64,000 nt of DNA from Mobula hypostoma (lineage: Eukaryota), in assembly GCF_963921235.1 (NCBI RefSeq), contig NC_086097.1, positions 205,904,001-205,968,000 on the forward strand, read 5' to 3'. Within the stretch, counting starts at the first letter, position 1, and every line of letters starts with the position of its first letter. Below the pieces are notes generated by a model that searched no databases, was not told where the DNA came from, and saw only the letters and a list, made by a program, of their open reading frames with translations. Made by a program: the position numbers and the translations under genes. Positions 10,901 to 24,500 of the stretch are shown here, one piece after another.

Positions 10901-12539
10901 TCTTACTAATACTTTTACTCATATCTTAAGTTCTTGTCACAGTAGGAGATCTTGAAGCAATATTTCTCACCAGGAACTAAAATCTTCAACCATTAAGGCA
11001 GATTTGACTCACTTTATGCATGGTAACAGCCACCATATTTGTTTGTTGCTACGTCATATATCATTGCAGCAGAAGTTGATATAGAGCAAGGACCAGAGTG
11101 GCTGGATCACTCCTACACTCAAACATTACATCCAGCTGCAAAAGCCACGCACATCCAGTCTACTAATGCATCAGAGAAGAACCCTCTTTCTTTCATGCAG
11201 ATTCGCCATTGGAGCTTGAGTTAAAGGTCATCCCTTTAACTAGAGCTCAACTGAGGTGTCTTCTTACCAATGAAGCCTTCTTTAATAGTTGAGTTTCACA
11301 TAATTTCCTATTGATAATATTGTAGCAACAGTGTAAACCACTGGGTGCAACATGATTATAGCCCAGTGGGATCTAAACACAGTTATCACATGTATGGAAG
11401 CCTGCAACTCTATCTTTCAGTAGTTGAAAAGGCCAGTTATATTAAGCAATTGAATTTACATTTCCATTCAATCACATAACATAAACTCAGTGAAGATGAA
11501 ATTCTTTGACTTTTAACCCAATACTGTACTTTACTGCAATATTACTGTGGTTGGTGTCATGTTAATCATGTTTACTTTGCTGTAACAATTAATATTTTCA
11601 TCTCGTATTTGCTATAATTGAAACCTATTACATTACTCCAGCACTGCCCTCACAAGCATTGATTGTTAATTAAAGCTGCAACTTTTCCAATATGTGCTAC
11701 TTAGTTAATTGCTGAAGAAACACATTGAAGCAATGAAACAGGCTTTGATAATCACTGAAGAGCTTAAAAATGAATTGACATGATCACATTTTTCAAACAG
11801 GTTTGACTTTGCCAGATTAAAAAAAGACAGGTTTAACGAGATCCTCAAAGGAAAAAGATTCCATCAACATGCGGATTTTGAGGAAAGTAAGCCATGTGAA
11901 TACTTGAACTGTAAAGCAATGCTTTCATGTAAGATTAGTTTTCCTTTAATTAGATATGGAGTGCAATAATCTATACATGTAGTTGTATGACCTTTCCAAT
12001 TCATAACTTCCATTTTGAATGGAATGTGAATATGAGGTAGATTCTATATTTTGTTTGTAGGGAGAAATTATTTTACAGCATTTTGAAAACAATTCATACA
12101 CAATGATCATAATAAGACAGAATCACCCTGCAGGTCGGGATGAAGGTAAAGTCAGATATACCAGTATTACATTGGAGTAAAGGGAATTAACAGTGGCATG
12201 AGAGAGGAGCAGATCAAATTTAATTTGAAGGGGATGTTAGCAGGACAACAGGAGTACAGCAATGGATGGAATTTCTGGGATCAATTCAGAAGGCGCAGGA
12301 TAGATACATCCTAAAGATAAAGTATTCTAAAGGGAAGGTGAGGTGCAAGTAGCTTACAAGGGAAGTCAAAAGACAGCATAACAGCAAAGGGAAGGCATAT
12401 GATATAGTTAAAAGTGAGAACGGAGGATTGGGAAGCATTTTAAAATCAGCATACAGTAACTAATAAAACATAAGGAGGAACAAGATAGAATACAAAGGTA
12501 AGCTTGTCAATAATATCAAAAGAGATACCAGAAGTTTTC

Positions 12540-12926
12540 TCCCTCTTCTCCCTCCTGCCATAAGGCACCAAAGCATTCGGGCTCTCACGACCAGACTATG
12601 TAACAGTTTCTTCCTCCAAGTCATCAGACTCCTCAATACCCAGAGCCTGGACTGACACCAACCTACTGCCCTTTACTGTGCATATTATCTTGTTTATTAT
12701 TTATTGTAATGTCTGCACTGTTTTGTGCACTTTATGCAGTCCTGGGTAGGTCTGTAGTCTAGTGTAATTTTGTGTTGTTTTACGTAGTTCAGTGTAATTT
12801 TTGTATTGTTTATGTAGCACCACAGTCCTGAAAAACATTGTCTTGTTTTTACTGTGTGCTGTACCAGCAGTTATGGTCGAAATGACAATAAAAGGTGACT
12901 TGACTTCAAAAAAGTGACTTGACTTG
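12540..12926 (+). mobile_element. Rex1/Babar-type LINE 3' end nested in CR1
   Basis: TTRLCNSFFLQVIRLLN-like C-terminus, T-rich 3'UTR, and tail acaataaaaggtgacttgactt...gacttgacttga. Confidence 0.65.
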
Positions 12927-13549
12927 AGATATATAGAATAAAAGACAGACGAGAGTGGATACGCAGTAAAATGATGCTGAACAGGTAGCAATGGGGAACT
13001 TCTTAAGTATTTTGTGTCAGTCTTCACTGTGGAAGATGCTAGCGGAAATTCGAGTGTCAAGAGGCTGAAGAGAAAGTAGCTGCTTGGGAAGCCGAAATGA
13101 CTCCACAGAGTTCTGAGACAGGCAGTTGAAGTAATTATGGAGGCTTTAGATCTTTCAAGAATGACTCCAGAGGTCTGGAAAATTACAAATGCACTCCACA
13201 CTTTCAGAAGGGAGGAAAGCAGGAAGGGAAGAAGAAAGAAATTATAGGTCAGCTAGCCTGAGTACAGTGGTTGGGAAGATGTTGGAGCCCATTTTTAAGG
13301 ATAAGGTTTTGGGATACTTGAAAGCACATGATACAATAGGCCAAACTCAGCATGGTTTCCTTAACTGGAAATCTTGCAGACATATCTGTTGGAATTCTTT
13401 GAGAAATAACAGGCAAAGACAAAGCAGATTTGATGGATGCTGTTTTTCCAGAAGGTCTTTGACAAGGTGCTGCACATAAGGCTGCTTAAAAAGTTACGAG
13501 CGCATGGTATTACAAGAAAGATATTAACATTGAAAGAAGATTGATCATG

Positions 13550-13915
13550 TAGATTTGAGGCATTGATTGTACGGATAGTCAGAGGCTTTTTCCCAGGGCT
13601 GAAATGGCTAGCATGAGAGGGCACGGATTTAAGCTGCTTGGAAGTAGGTACAGAGAAGATGTCAGGGTTAAGTTGTTGCTGTTTTTTTTTGTTTTGTTTT
13701 TTTTTTCCTCCACAGAGTGGTGAGTGTGTGGAACGGGCTGCTGCAATGGTGGTGAAGGCAGATACCTTAGGGTCTTTTAAGAGACTCCTGGACAGGTACA
13801 TGAAGTTCAGAAAAATAGAAGGCAATGGGTAACCCTAGGTAATTTCTAAGGTAGGGGCATGTTCGGCACAGCTTTGTGGGCTGAAGAACCTGTATTGTGT
13901 TTCTATGTTTCTATG
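13550..13915 (+). mobile_element. CR1 3' fragment nested in CR1
   Basis: VVKADTLGSFKRLLDRYM; ends in the (tttctatg)n tail. Confidence 0.8.
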
Positions 13916-14914
13916 ACCATTTCTGGTTTGCCACTGATGGCAAGTGGTGTTCTGGAACGATCAGGATTGGAGTTGCTTCTATTCATGTTATGTCAATGAC
14001 TTGTATGACAAAATTGACGGCTTTGTCATCAAGTTTACAGATGATACAAAGATAGATGCAGGGGTGGGTCATGTTGAGGAAGAAGATGTCTGCAGAAGGA
14101 GTGGCAAAGATGTGACAGATGGAATATAGTGTAGGGAAGTGCATTTTGCATTTTGATAGAAAGAATAAAGGCATAGATTATTTTGTAAAGAGAAAATTTA
14201 AAAATCAGAGGTACAAAAGGATTTGGTAGTCCTAGTGTAAGATTCCCTAAAGGTTATCTTGCACATTGAGTCAGTGGTAAGGAAGGCAAATGCAATGTTA
14301 GCGAGGACTAGAATACAAGAGTAAGTATGTGATGCTGAGGCTCTAAGGCATTGGTCAGACAACACTTAGAGTACTGAGAAGAGTTTAGGACCCCTTATCT
14401 CATTAAAAAATGTGCTGGCATTGGAGTGGGTCAAGAATGATTCTGAGAATGGAAGGTTTAATGTATGAAGAGTGTTTGATAGCTCTGGGCCTTTACTTGC
14501 TAGAGTTTAGAAGAATGAGGGAGGATCTCATCGAAATCTATTGCATATTGAAAGCCCCAGATAGAGTGGAAGTGGACAGACGTTTCCTATAATTGGCAAG
14601 TCTAGAACCAGAGAGCACAGCCTCAGAATAGAGGGAAGTCTCCTTAGAACAGAGATGAGGAGGGATTTCTTTAGCCAATGGGTGGTTAATCTATGGAATT
14701 CTTTGCCATAGAAAACTGTGGAGGCCAAGTCACTAAGCATTTTTAAAGCGGAGGTTGATTGGTTCTTGGTTCGTCGGTGCATCAAAGGTTATGGGGAGAA
14801 GGCAGGAGAATGGGGTTGAAAGGGATAATAGATCAGCCATGATGGAATAGCAGAGTAGACTCAATTAGCAGAGTGGTTTAATTCTGCTCCTATGTCTTAT
14901 AGTATTATAATGCA

Positions 14915-15725
14915 GATTGGAAGCCTGTGACCAGAGGTGTGCTGCAGGAATCTGTGCAGGAGACAATGTTGTTTGTCAACTTTGTTGACAAATCCAAAAA
15001 AAACTGAGATGCAAAGGGACTTGGGAGTCCTCATGCAGAACAACCTAAAGGTTATCTTGCAGGCAGACTCTGTGGTGAGGAAGGCAAATGCAAGGTTAGC
15101 AATCATTTCAAGAGCTCGAGAATACAAGAGCAAGGAGGTGATGCAAAGGCTTTCTCAGGCACTGGTGAGGTCTCACCTTGAGTGTTGTGAACAGTTTTGG
15201 ACTCCTCATCTAAAAGATGTGCTGCCATTGGAGCGGGTCCAGAGGTGGTTCACAAAGATGATTCCAGGAATGAAAGGGTTATCATACAAGGAACATTTGA
15301 TGGCTCAGGGTCTGTACTCGCTGGAATTTAAAAGGAGGAGGGGGGATCTCATTGAAATTTTTTGAATGATGTAAGGCCCAGAGAGAGTCAATGCGGAAAG
15401 GATGTTTCCCATGGTGGGGAAGCCTAGGACAAGTGTGCACAGCCTCAGGATAGAGGAGTGTCCATTTGAAACAGAGATGCGGAGAAAATTCTTTAGCCAG
15501 AGGGTGATAAATTTGTGGAAGTTACTACCAGAGGCAGCTGTGGAGGGCAGATCGCTGGGTGTCTTTAAGGCAGACATTGATAGGTTCTTGATTGGACATG
15601 GCATCAAAGGTTACAGGGAGAAGGCCAGGGAGTGAGGCTGAGGAGTGGAAAAAAGGATCAGCCACGATTGAATGGTGGAGCAGACTCAGTGGGCCAAATG
15701 TTCCTATGTCCAATGGCCTTATGTT
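14915..15725 (+). mobile_element. CR1 3' portion
   Basis: QRDLGV...ALVRSHLECCEQFWTPH...FFSQRVINLW; CR1 3'UTR. Confidence 0.9.
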
Positions 15726-17884
15726 AACTATTTGGATAGGAATATTGGTAACATGATTAGCTATTTACAGTGGAGTATGTAACTTACATTCAACATTCTT
15801 CAACTAATTAGTAACATTTTCATTTTTAGGTTTAGAAATGAATATAGTTGTTGCAGTTGTGAAAAACTAGAGAAGTTAAAGTTAGAAGACTGAACTTCTC
15901 ATTTCCTGATCACTTGCCACCAGAAATCTTTGAACTAAATAAGTTTCTTAATTTCTGTTCTCACTTCCTTTTCTAATGAACATTCAGTATATTTATCTGC
16001 AGTGACACATGACACTTATTCTCTTTTCTCATTTGTATTTTACTAACTGTGTTTCAGTTACACTTCTTGCAGCACACTAACTTCAACAATCTAAGGACAA
16101 GTTACTTGTATTAGGCCCATGCATTTCTGATTTGACTGGTTAGATTTTCATTTTGGCAAGGTAGCAGCAGATCAAATGCCCTTTATTTAATGAGAACAAA
16201 TTGAATGGGATGTATAATGGCTCTATTAGCATTTTATGTCACTTTCAAGTCTTAATATCAAGCCTAAGGCATATAAGCAAAGGGGGAAGACCAAACTTTA
16301 ATTTCAATTTGAATTTCATTAGAAAAGCTTTTACTGGAAAAATAATGCTTTGTTCTGAATTGTTGAGTGAATCATTGACACAACTAGCTTTCATTGTTCC
16401 CCCTGCTTACCCTTGAGCTAATTAGCCTGAGAAGTTATTTCAATGACCACTTAAAACTCAATCTATATTGTTGTAGATTTTGGAGTCACACATTTGTCCA
16501 TATTAGACAGGAAAATGGACTGCATTTTTCCAGCTCATTAGTGAATCAAATGACAGTTTCATGATGGCTATTATTATTGAAACTTGGTTATTTCCAGACT
16601 TTTACATAATTAACTATATATGCCCAGCAAATGGGGCAGCATTTGAAGTCATAACATTAGATTATTGCTCCTCTCTGTTAATGGTTTACTAATGCAATAT
16701 AGCATGATCACCATGTCATTACATTCCACTGCAAGACTGTCCATGGCAGAAGCTGGTGCTAATCTTTTCAGAGCTATGTACCTGAGATTTGAATTCTCCC
16801 AGCCTAGAAGTTCAAGAAAAATACTAAAATGATGTCAGATCCTTTTCTCCAATCTTAAACTTTAAGATGTCATGTCTAGTGAGAATCAAGAATCCAGTTG
16901 TAGAGGGTGTTACAGAGGGCATGATTGTGTTGAACACTGAGCTGTACCTCATTATTTCCTTCCCCATCAATCACCAAGTGCTGTTCCACCATCACTGATC
17001 ATGGTCACCTGATGTATTGAATAACTCTAGGTGCCTATAACAGGCCTGTAGCTTACTATCTCCTACCTTCTCTGATCCATTCCCTTCCTTCTCCACTCTT
17101 ATCTGCTAAACTAGTCCTCTTCTGTTGCTTCCCAGTGAATGCCAAGTGCAGGACCAAAATTAATTTGCCATTTACCCTTGCCTTAATACCCTCCTTTCCA
17201 ACCCATGGTGCTTGCCCCACTGCCCCACTCCCAACTTTCCCATACCCCTCTAGGGACATCCCGGTCCTAACTCTGAATTTAACCATTTCCTCTCTCAGGT
17301 TCTGCATCAGAACATGAAGTAAGTGGCTTATCCCCATCCAATACTAATTCAGGGAAAGCCATTGCCTTGAGCTTGAATTTGCAACCAGCATAATTTAAAA
17401 AATCTCCTTAGTTTGTCCTGCTGCAACCAATTAACATTCCTTATGGTGCTAGTGAGTTTCTGAGTGCAAGCTATTTTCAATTCAGGTAGCATCTTTGGAA
17501 CCAGAAGGCTCTTGGACACTTTGATAATCTAATGATTGTATGAATAACATCAGGGTCAAAGGGAATCCAGAAATTGACTTTATGCTGAATCCAAAAGTTA
17601 CTGAGATAAATAGGAACTAGTTGACTAACCTGATTTGGGGGGAGGGAGAAACACTGGTGCGCCACTGATGCTGTTGTATAAACAACTTGTCCACTAATAA
17701 TTAAAAAGAAGGTCCTCAAATAAGTTTTAACACTTGGGTATGGAGCAGGGAATGCAAGCAAATAGACCCACAACTGTGGGAACATACACACTTCATTTAA
17801 CTTGATGATTATTTTTTTATGTCACATATCACAGAATAGGTTATTTTGCCCACATTGTGCCTTGTTATGATGACTATCAAGTGT

Positions 17885-19940
17885 TTGTCTATATAAATTC
17901 ATTACCAGCCCAGTCAGTTTTGATTGGCTACAACATCTCCTCCATGATCTCCATCAGCATCGGTGCACCACAAGGCTGTGAGCTTAACCCCCTGCTTTAC
18001 TACTGTGTGGCTAAGCACAGCTCCAAAGCCATACTTAAGTTTGCTGAGAACACCACCGTCATTGGCCGAATCAACAGTGGTGAAAAAAAAAATCAGCGTA
18101 TTGGAAGGAGACCGAAAATCTGGCTGTGTGGTACCACAACAGCCTTCTTACTCAATGTCAGCAAGACCAAGCAGCTTCTGGTAATGAAAAAGATAAATCT
18201 AACTAAAATCATCACTAAAAATACCATTTCTGTGGTAAATTGTGTTAAATGATCACCGCAAACAGTGAAGAGGCGAGTGATGACGAGGTGAGTTCATGGG
18301 GTGTTGCAGAATCATTGCAGATGGAGTTCCAGTGCCCGTACAGCTGGCCTCACTCTGGGCGTCTAAAGGAGAAGTCGGGGCCCGGACAGAGAAGTTTCAG
18401 CGCTTGTTCAACTGGCCCAGGTGTGAAGTTAAATCACTCTGGGTGCAGAGCTGATCTGAAGAGCTTGAGATTGGTTTCGGGCTGGGTGATGGAATCTGGG
18501 CCCACAGAGAGAGTCGGTGAGCGGGGAAACCTGGGCTTGGAGCAAGCTGCTGGGTGGTGTGGTCTAGGCCTGGAGCAAGTTGCTGGATAGCATAGTCTAG
18601 GCCCGGAGCCTTTTGCTACAGTAGTGCCTGGGTCCTGATGCAAGGTACAATACGCTGTTTAGAAAATTTAAGTGTCTGGATTGGAGGCGTGAGCCAATTC
18701 TGTTCACTCTCCACGATCTTCACTCCTCACTCCACAGCGCTGGAGTCTTTCACTGATCTGTCAATGGGTCAATTCAAATGCTAGCCCAGATTGACTGAAA
18801 AGACAGGGTGTCATTCAGGATGAGAGCTGATTTCACTCACTCTGCAATGGTCACTCCTCTCTCTATGGCCCTGAGGCTATGAAGACTGCCCCAGCTGCTG
18901 TGCTCTGTGCCTGCTAATATGATGAACTGATAAGTGAGGCTTTGGACCCACTCTGGACTGCTCCAGGGTTCAGATCTGAGGACTCAATTTTGGTTCAGAC
19001 TGTTGTTGTTCGCTTCAATTATTTACATGATTTTTTTTATGTTAAGCATCGTGTGTTGGTCTTTTATTTTTACTTTATTCTTTTCTTCTTTAATTGAATT
19101 ATTTCAGTTTTCTTGCTTTATGGTTTCCTATGAGCAACCAAATCTCAAAGTTGTATAATTTAAGTCAGCAACTTTAAATACCACGGTGTTGTCGTTTCAG
19201 AGGACCTGTCCTGGGCCCAGCATGCAAGTGCAATTATGAAGAAAGTACAGCAGCGCCTCTACTTCCTTAGGTGTTTGTGAAGACTTGGCATGACATCTAA
19301 AACTCTGATAAATGTCTATAGATGTGTGGTGGATAGTACATGACTAGCTGCATCATTGCTTGGTATAAAAACAGAATGCCCTTGAATGTAAAATACTACA
19401 AAAAGTAACAGATACAGCCCAGCCCAACCCAGTCCATCATGGGTAAAGCCTTCACACCTTTGAGCACATCTACACAGAGTTATTGCAGGAAAACCGTATC
19501 CGTCATCAGGGCTCCCCACCACCCAGGTCATGCTCTCTTCTCACTGCTGCCATCACGAAAGAGGGACAGGAGCTTTTTGACTCACACTACCAGGTTCAGG
19601 AACAGTTATTACCCCTCAATCACCAGGCTCCTGAACCAGAGTGGATAACAACACTCAACTTCACGTCCCATCACTGAACTGTTCCCACAACCTATGGATT
19701 CACTTTCAATGACTCTTCATCTCATGTTCTCGATATTTATTAATTATTATAATTTCTTGATTTTTCTTTTTTATTAGCAGTTTGCTGTCTTTTGCACACT
19801 TGTCTGCTCTGATGGGTGCAGTCTTTCATAGATTCTGTTATGGTTATTGGATTTATTGAGTTTGCCTCCAAGAAAACAAATCTCAGGGTGGTACATGTTG
19901 ACATATATGAACTTTGATAACAAATTTACTTTGAACCTTG
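17885..19940 (+). mobile_element. Decayed Rex1/Babar-type LINE with a nested SINE-like element (~18250-19160)
   Basis: RT GAPQGCELNPLLY...KFAENTTVIGRI; LSWAQHASAIMKKVQQRLYFLR; HHPGHALFSLLPS...TTRFRNSYYP; 3' tail ctttgataacaaatttactttgaa. The insert has a ~30-bp tandem repeat at 18530-18610 and the same tail type. Confidence 0.75.
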
Positions 19941-20799
19941 TTCTTATGGTCTACTATGTCTTGGCTATTCAAGTGCACAACCAGATGCTTCTTGCATGTT
20001 TTACCTGCATCTATCACCAGTTTAAAATCTCTGGATGAGAGAAAATTCTTCCTCAAATCTCACTAAACCTTTTTCCTTTAATTAAATCTATATCTTCCGG
20101 TGTTCAGATACTTCTGCCATTGCTAAAGGATGCTCATTACCTATCCTTCCTAGGTCTTTTATAATTTTGTATGCCTCTATCAGGTCAAACCACCCACCCT
20201 GCTCTAAAGATATTTAAAGCCCAACAATCCAATCACTCATTCTGTGCTGATTTCTGTCCCTGAAGACGATGGGCCGTGCATAACTACATCTACCCTATTG
20301 TGAGAAAGTGACCCGAAATCTGAAAAAGAATACCCCGTTTGTAAAATGGTTCAAAGTGTCTTAACTATACCAAATGTCAAAGAGAGTAGTTAGGGCAGTG
20401 TTGGTGAGGGAGGGGGACTGGCTTTCCATTGCACAATGGAAAGATTTAATTGCATTGTAACATTGGTCAGTACAGACCCATTCGGCAAAGAGCATTTTAC
20501 CATGCTGTGAGTCACTATGATTTAATTTGGAATGTGATTTAACAGTATGTTGGGATACTTAATGAGGAAAATGATAGAATGAAAGTGATATAATAATGAA
20601 ATAATGCAACATAAAAATGAATCAACTGAGCCTCTGTTCAATTCACATGCATTAGGAAATGCAAATACCACAATACAATAGTATTTTGATTGAGTTGCAA
20701 TTCAATGTCTGCAATTCATTTAAAGATGAATGACACTGGGTTATTCATAATGACTGACAGGGAGGGTGACTGCTACTGATGCTCACTCAGCCATCACTG

Positions 20800-22630
20800 T
20801 TAAAGCAAATGGAGTTTATCCATTGTCTGTAATATCAATTTCAGATATGCAGATGAGACTGTGTTAATTGCAAGTACGGAGGAAGAACTACAAAACTTAC
20901 TTGATATAATTGTTGAAGAAAGTGCAAAAATGGGTCGATCAATTGCAAAAAGACAGAATGTATGGTGATATGCAGAAAGGAGAATCCTATCTGTAGGCTG
21001 AGAATAAACAGGCAAGACATAAAACAAGTACAGAACTTTTGCTACTTAGGAAGCTGGGTGACATAGAAAATAGGTGCAGGAGTAGGCCATTCGGCCCTTC
21101 GAGCCTGCACCGCCATTCAGTATGATCATGGTTGATCATCCAACTCAGAACCCAGTACCAGCCTTCCCTCCATACCCCCGATCCCTTTAGCCACAATGGC
21201 CATATCTAACTCCCTCTTAAATACAGCCAATGAACTGGCCTCAACTGTTTCCTGTGGCGGAGAATTCCACAGATTCACCACTCTCTGTGTGAAGAAGTTT
21301 TTCCTAATCTCGGTCCTAAAAGGCTTCCCCTTTATCCTCAAACTGTGACCCCTTGTTCTGGACTTCCCCAACATCGGGAACAATCTTCCTGCATCTAGCC
21401 TGTCCAATCCCTTTAGGATTTTATATGTTTCAATCAGATCCCCCCTCAATCTTCTACATTCCAACGAGTATAAGCCTAGTTCATCCAGTCTTTCATCATA
21501 TGAAAGTCCTGTCATCCCAGGAATCAATATGGTGAACCTTCTTTGTACTCCCTCTATGGCAAGGATGTCTTTCCTCAGATTAGGGGACCAAAACTGCACA
21601 CAATATTCCAGGTGTGGTCTCACCAAGGCCTTGTACAACTGCAGTAGTACCTCCCTGCTCCTGTACTCAAATCCTCTTGCTATAAATGCCAGCATACCAT
21701 TCGCCTTTTTCACCGCCTGCTGTACCTGCATGCCCACTTTCAATGACTGGTGTATAATGACACCCAGCTCTCGTTGCACCTCCCCTTTTCCTAATCGGCC
21801 ACCATTCAGATAATAATCTGTTTTCCTGTTTTTGCCACCAAAGTGGATAACTTCACATTTATTCACATTAAATTGCATCTGCCATGAATTTGCCCACTCA
21901 CCTAACTTATCCAAGTCACCCTGCATCCTCTTAGCATCCTCCTCACAGCTAACACTGCCGCCCAGCTTCGTGTCATCCGCAAACTTGGAGATGCTGCATT
22001 TAATTCCCTCATCCAAGTCATTAATATATATTGTGAACAACTGGGGTCCCAGCACTGAGCCTTGCGGTACCCCACTAGTCACTGCCTGCCATCAGATGGC
22101 AGGTGCGACTTGGACATCAAAAGAAGAATAGGGATGGCAAAAGACACCTTTACGAGAATGAGTATACTGACCAATACTAAACTAGGCATGACAACCCGCC
22201 TCAGAGTACTGAAATGTTACTTTTATCCAGTTATGCTATATGGCTCAGGATGATGGACAATACATGAGGAAACAAATTGCTGCAGCAGAGATGTGGTTTT
22301 TGAGGAGAATGCAAAAAATATCATGGATGAAACAAATATCAACAAGGATGTCATGAACTGAGCAAACACAAAAAGAGAAATAATGTATGAGATCATGAAA
22401 AGGCAACGTAACTTCATTGGACATGTGATTAGGAAAGAGGAGTTAGAATGCACGGTAACTATGGGAAAAATTGAAAGGAAGAAAGCAAGAGGAAGACAAA
22501 GACAAATGATGATGGAGACTGCAGCCAGAGAGCTGGAAATGAATACCAATGAATTGATCCACTTGACCCGAAACAGAAGTGTGAAGGCCATGGCAGTCAA
22601 AGCTCAGACTGGGCATGGCATCCGATGATG
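20800..22630 (+). mobile_element. RTE LINE 3' portion, split by an antisense CR1
   Basis: INFRYADETVLIA (RT), DGRCDLDIKRRIGMAK, LKCYFYPVMLYGS, FIGHVIRKE...GKIERKKARGRQR; short tgatg tail. Confidence 0.85.
21063..22089 (-). mobile_element. Young 5'-truncated CR1 with an uninterrupted 318-aa ORF (21126-22082)
   Basis: SGVPQGSVLGP...KFADDTKL...LVRPHLEYCVQFWSP; 3'UTR and tail intact; RTE sequence resumes on both sides. Confidence 0.95.
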
Positions 22631-24114
22631 TGATATCAAAAACACAATAAAACACAGAATCTTGGTCATCCACAATGCTGGACTTAAAGAGACAACATAG
22701 AAATGCTATGGTTGGACCTATAAACAATGGAATGATAATATATGGGTTATTCTGAATATTTACTGTCCTTTCCAGTATACTGGTGTATGGGTATCACACT
22801 CCAGTACACTGGAAAGCAAAATAAATAATGGGAAGTCTAATAATTAGGCTCCTCTTATACAGTTGATAAGACAAGGAATTGTGTGTTCTATTGAAGTGGA
22901 AAGAGGAATGAACAGTGCATTCTTACATGACAGAAACTGTAACGAGAAGGAGAAAGGCCAATGATTATGGTCTCTGGTTCAGCGGAAAGGGCAATGAATC
23001 AGATATTCTTATACAGTAGAATGGACACTGAAAGTTTTTAATTTAGTGGAAAAAGTGATGAGTTTCTTATATTAATATAGTTGAATAAACAAGGAGAAAC
23101 TCAATGTGTATGCAGTCACTGAGGCCAACAGACAGTGATTAGGATTAAGTACCTAGCCAGGAATGCTTTTACTGAGTTTTCTACTGTTTTTTAAGTCTCA
23201 TAATATATGAATAAATCTGTTTCTATCCAAAACAACATACAAAATGCTGCCTTTTTATAATTCAAAGGAAAACCTTTAAACTTCCTTTGTTAAAATCAAA
23301 CATTTATAAAGAGTGTAGTGACTCAGTGTCCACATTTTGATTACTTTTCATCACGAACGTGACTGATTTTTATGCTTGCATGTGCCTTTGAGTGTAAAAA
23401 TATTTTTTTCAAATATCCAATGGGATTTTGTTTTTGAAGCTTTTGTCATGCAGCCTGAATTATTTTATTATGACACAGTTGTCCCTCTGAGCATAAAGTT
23501 GAATTAGTTCATCAGCAATTATCATTCAATCATGCCAGAATTGACAAGATTTACCATTATATAAATCTTCTTTTAATAAGAGGTGTTTAGAATTAAACAT
23601 CAAGAGAAGCTTTCATGCATCCATTTTGATCTCTAATGCCTCTACCTGCTCCAAACCTCATGAAAGAGGAAATGACTTAAAAGCATAATAGATAAATAAA
23701 GGCTGTGTCAAGGAGAAAATATTAGTTTGAGTGACAAAAGTTCGGTCAAAGAAATATGATCTCCCTTAAAACCCAAGTCATAAAGGAACACACAGATGTA
23801 GAGGGGTTTAGAAAGAGGAGAGCAGAGCAGATTAGGGAAAGCCATGTTAGGGATTATTAGGCCTGAGTGTCATTCAGCATATATGAGGGTAGCAGCCAGT
23901 TATATAAACAAGAACCAATCCTCAGACTAAGACAATTGTATCAGCATGAATAAACAGAGTATGTGGAATCATAGCAGAGGGTAGAATGGAAGGCCTTCAG
24001 CACAAGAAGCTAGAAGATGATTTATTTTTACATATTTGTGTAATTTGAACACTGATAGGACATAAAGAACTGTACTTTTGAAATATTAGGTCATAAGGGG
24101 GCGGTGATGATTCA

Positions 24115-24500
24115 AAGTTTAAAGATTTAAATTACATTTATTATCAAAGTACGCATACAAAATACAACTGAGGTTTATCATTCTGCAGGCAGCCACGAAA
24201 CAAAAACCATGAGACCCACTCAAGAAAACATCAAACACCCAACATTTCAAAAAAGAACCAAATGAACAAAGGGCAAAAAGTAAGTGGACAACACATAGAA
24301 TAACAAACTTCAAACCAGAGGTATTCAATTAAGTTCAGTTTAGTGCCGCGCTACCAGCCCACAGCAGCCCACAGAGCATTCTTCACTAAAGTACCCAAGC
24401 CCACATTGATCATCCCAATCAAATTGCTCAAAAAAACAGCAAAAAAAAAAATGAAATACCAGAATCCAGGGACACATGCAACATGAACCCCAAAGTAAAA
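24115..24500 (-). mobile_element. SINE-like element with Rex1/Babar-type tail
   Basis: Reverse complement ends aacctcagttgtattttgtatgcgtactttgataataaatgtaatttaaatctttaaactttgaa. Confidence 0.6.

Larger units (their letters stand above)
12170..14900 (+). mobile_element. Decayed CR1 LINE ORF2 plus 3'UTR, interrupted twice
   Basis: NYRSASLSTVVGKMLE, QHGF, KFTDDTK, ALGLYLLEFRRMR; 3' tail attctgctcctatgtcttat. Confidence 0.9.

Noticed and set aside
11338..11369. ccactggg/cccagtgg hairpin as a pre-miRNA
   Set aside because: Only 8 bp of contiguous stem; expected by chance.
12701..13201. 166-aa minus-strand ORF and similar antisense ORFs
   Set aside because: Antisense to LINE sequence and low-complexity 3'UTR; no independent domain.
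18530..18610. ~30-bp periodic repeat as a CRISPR-like array
   Set aside because: Plain tandem duplication inside a SINE-like element, with no unique spacers, in eukaryotic context.
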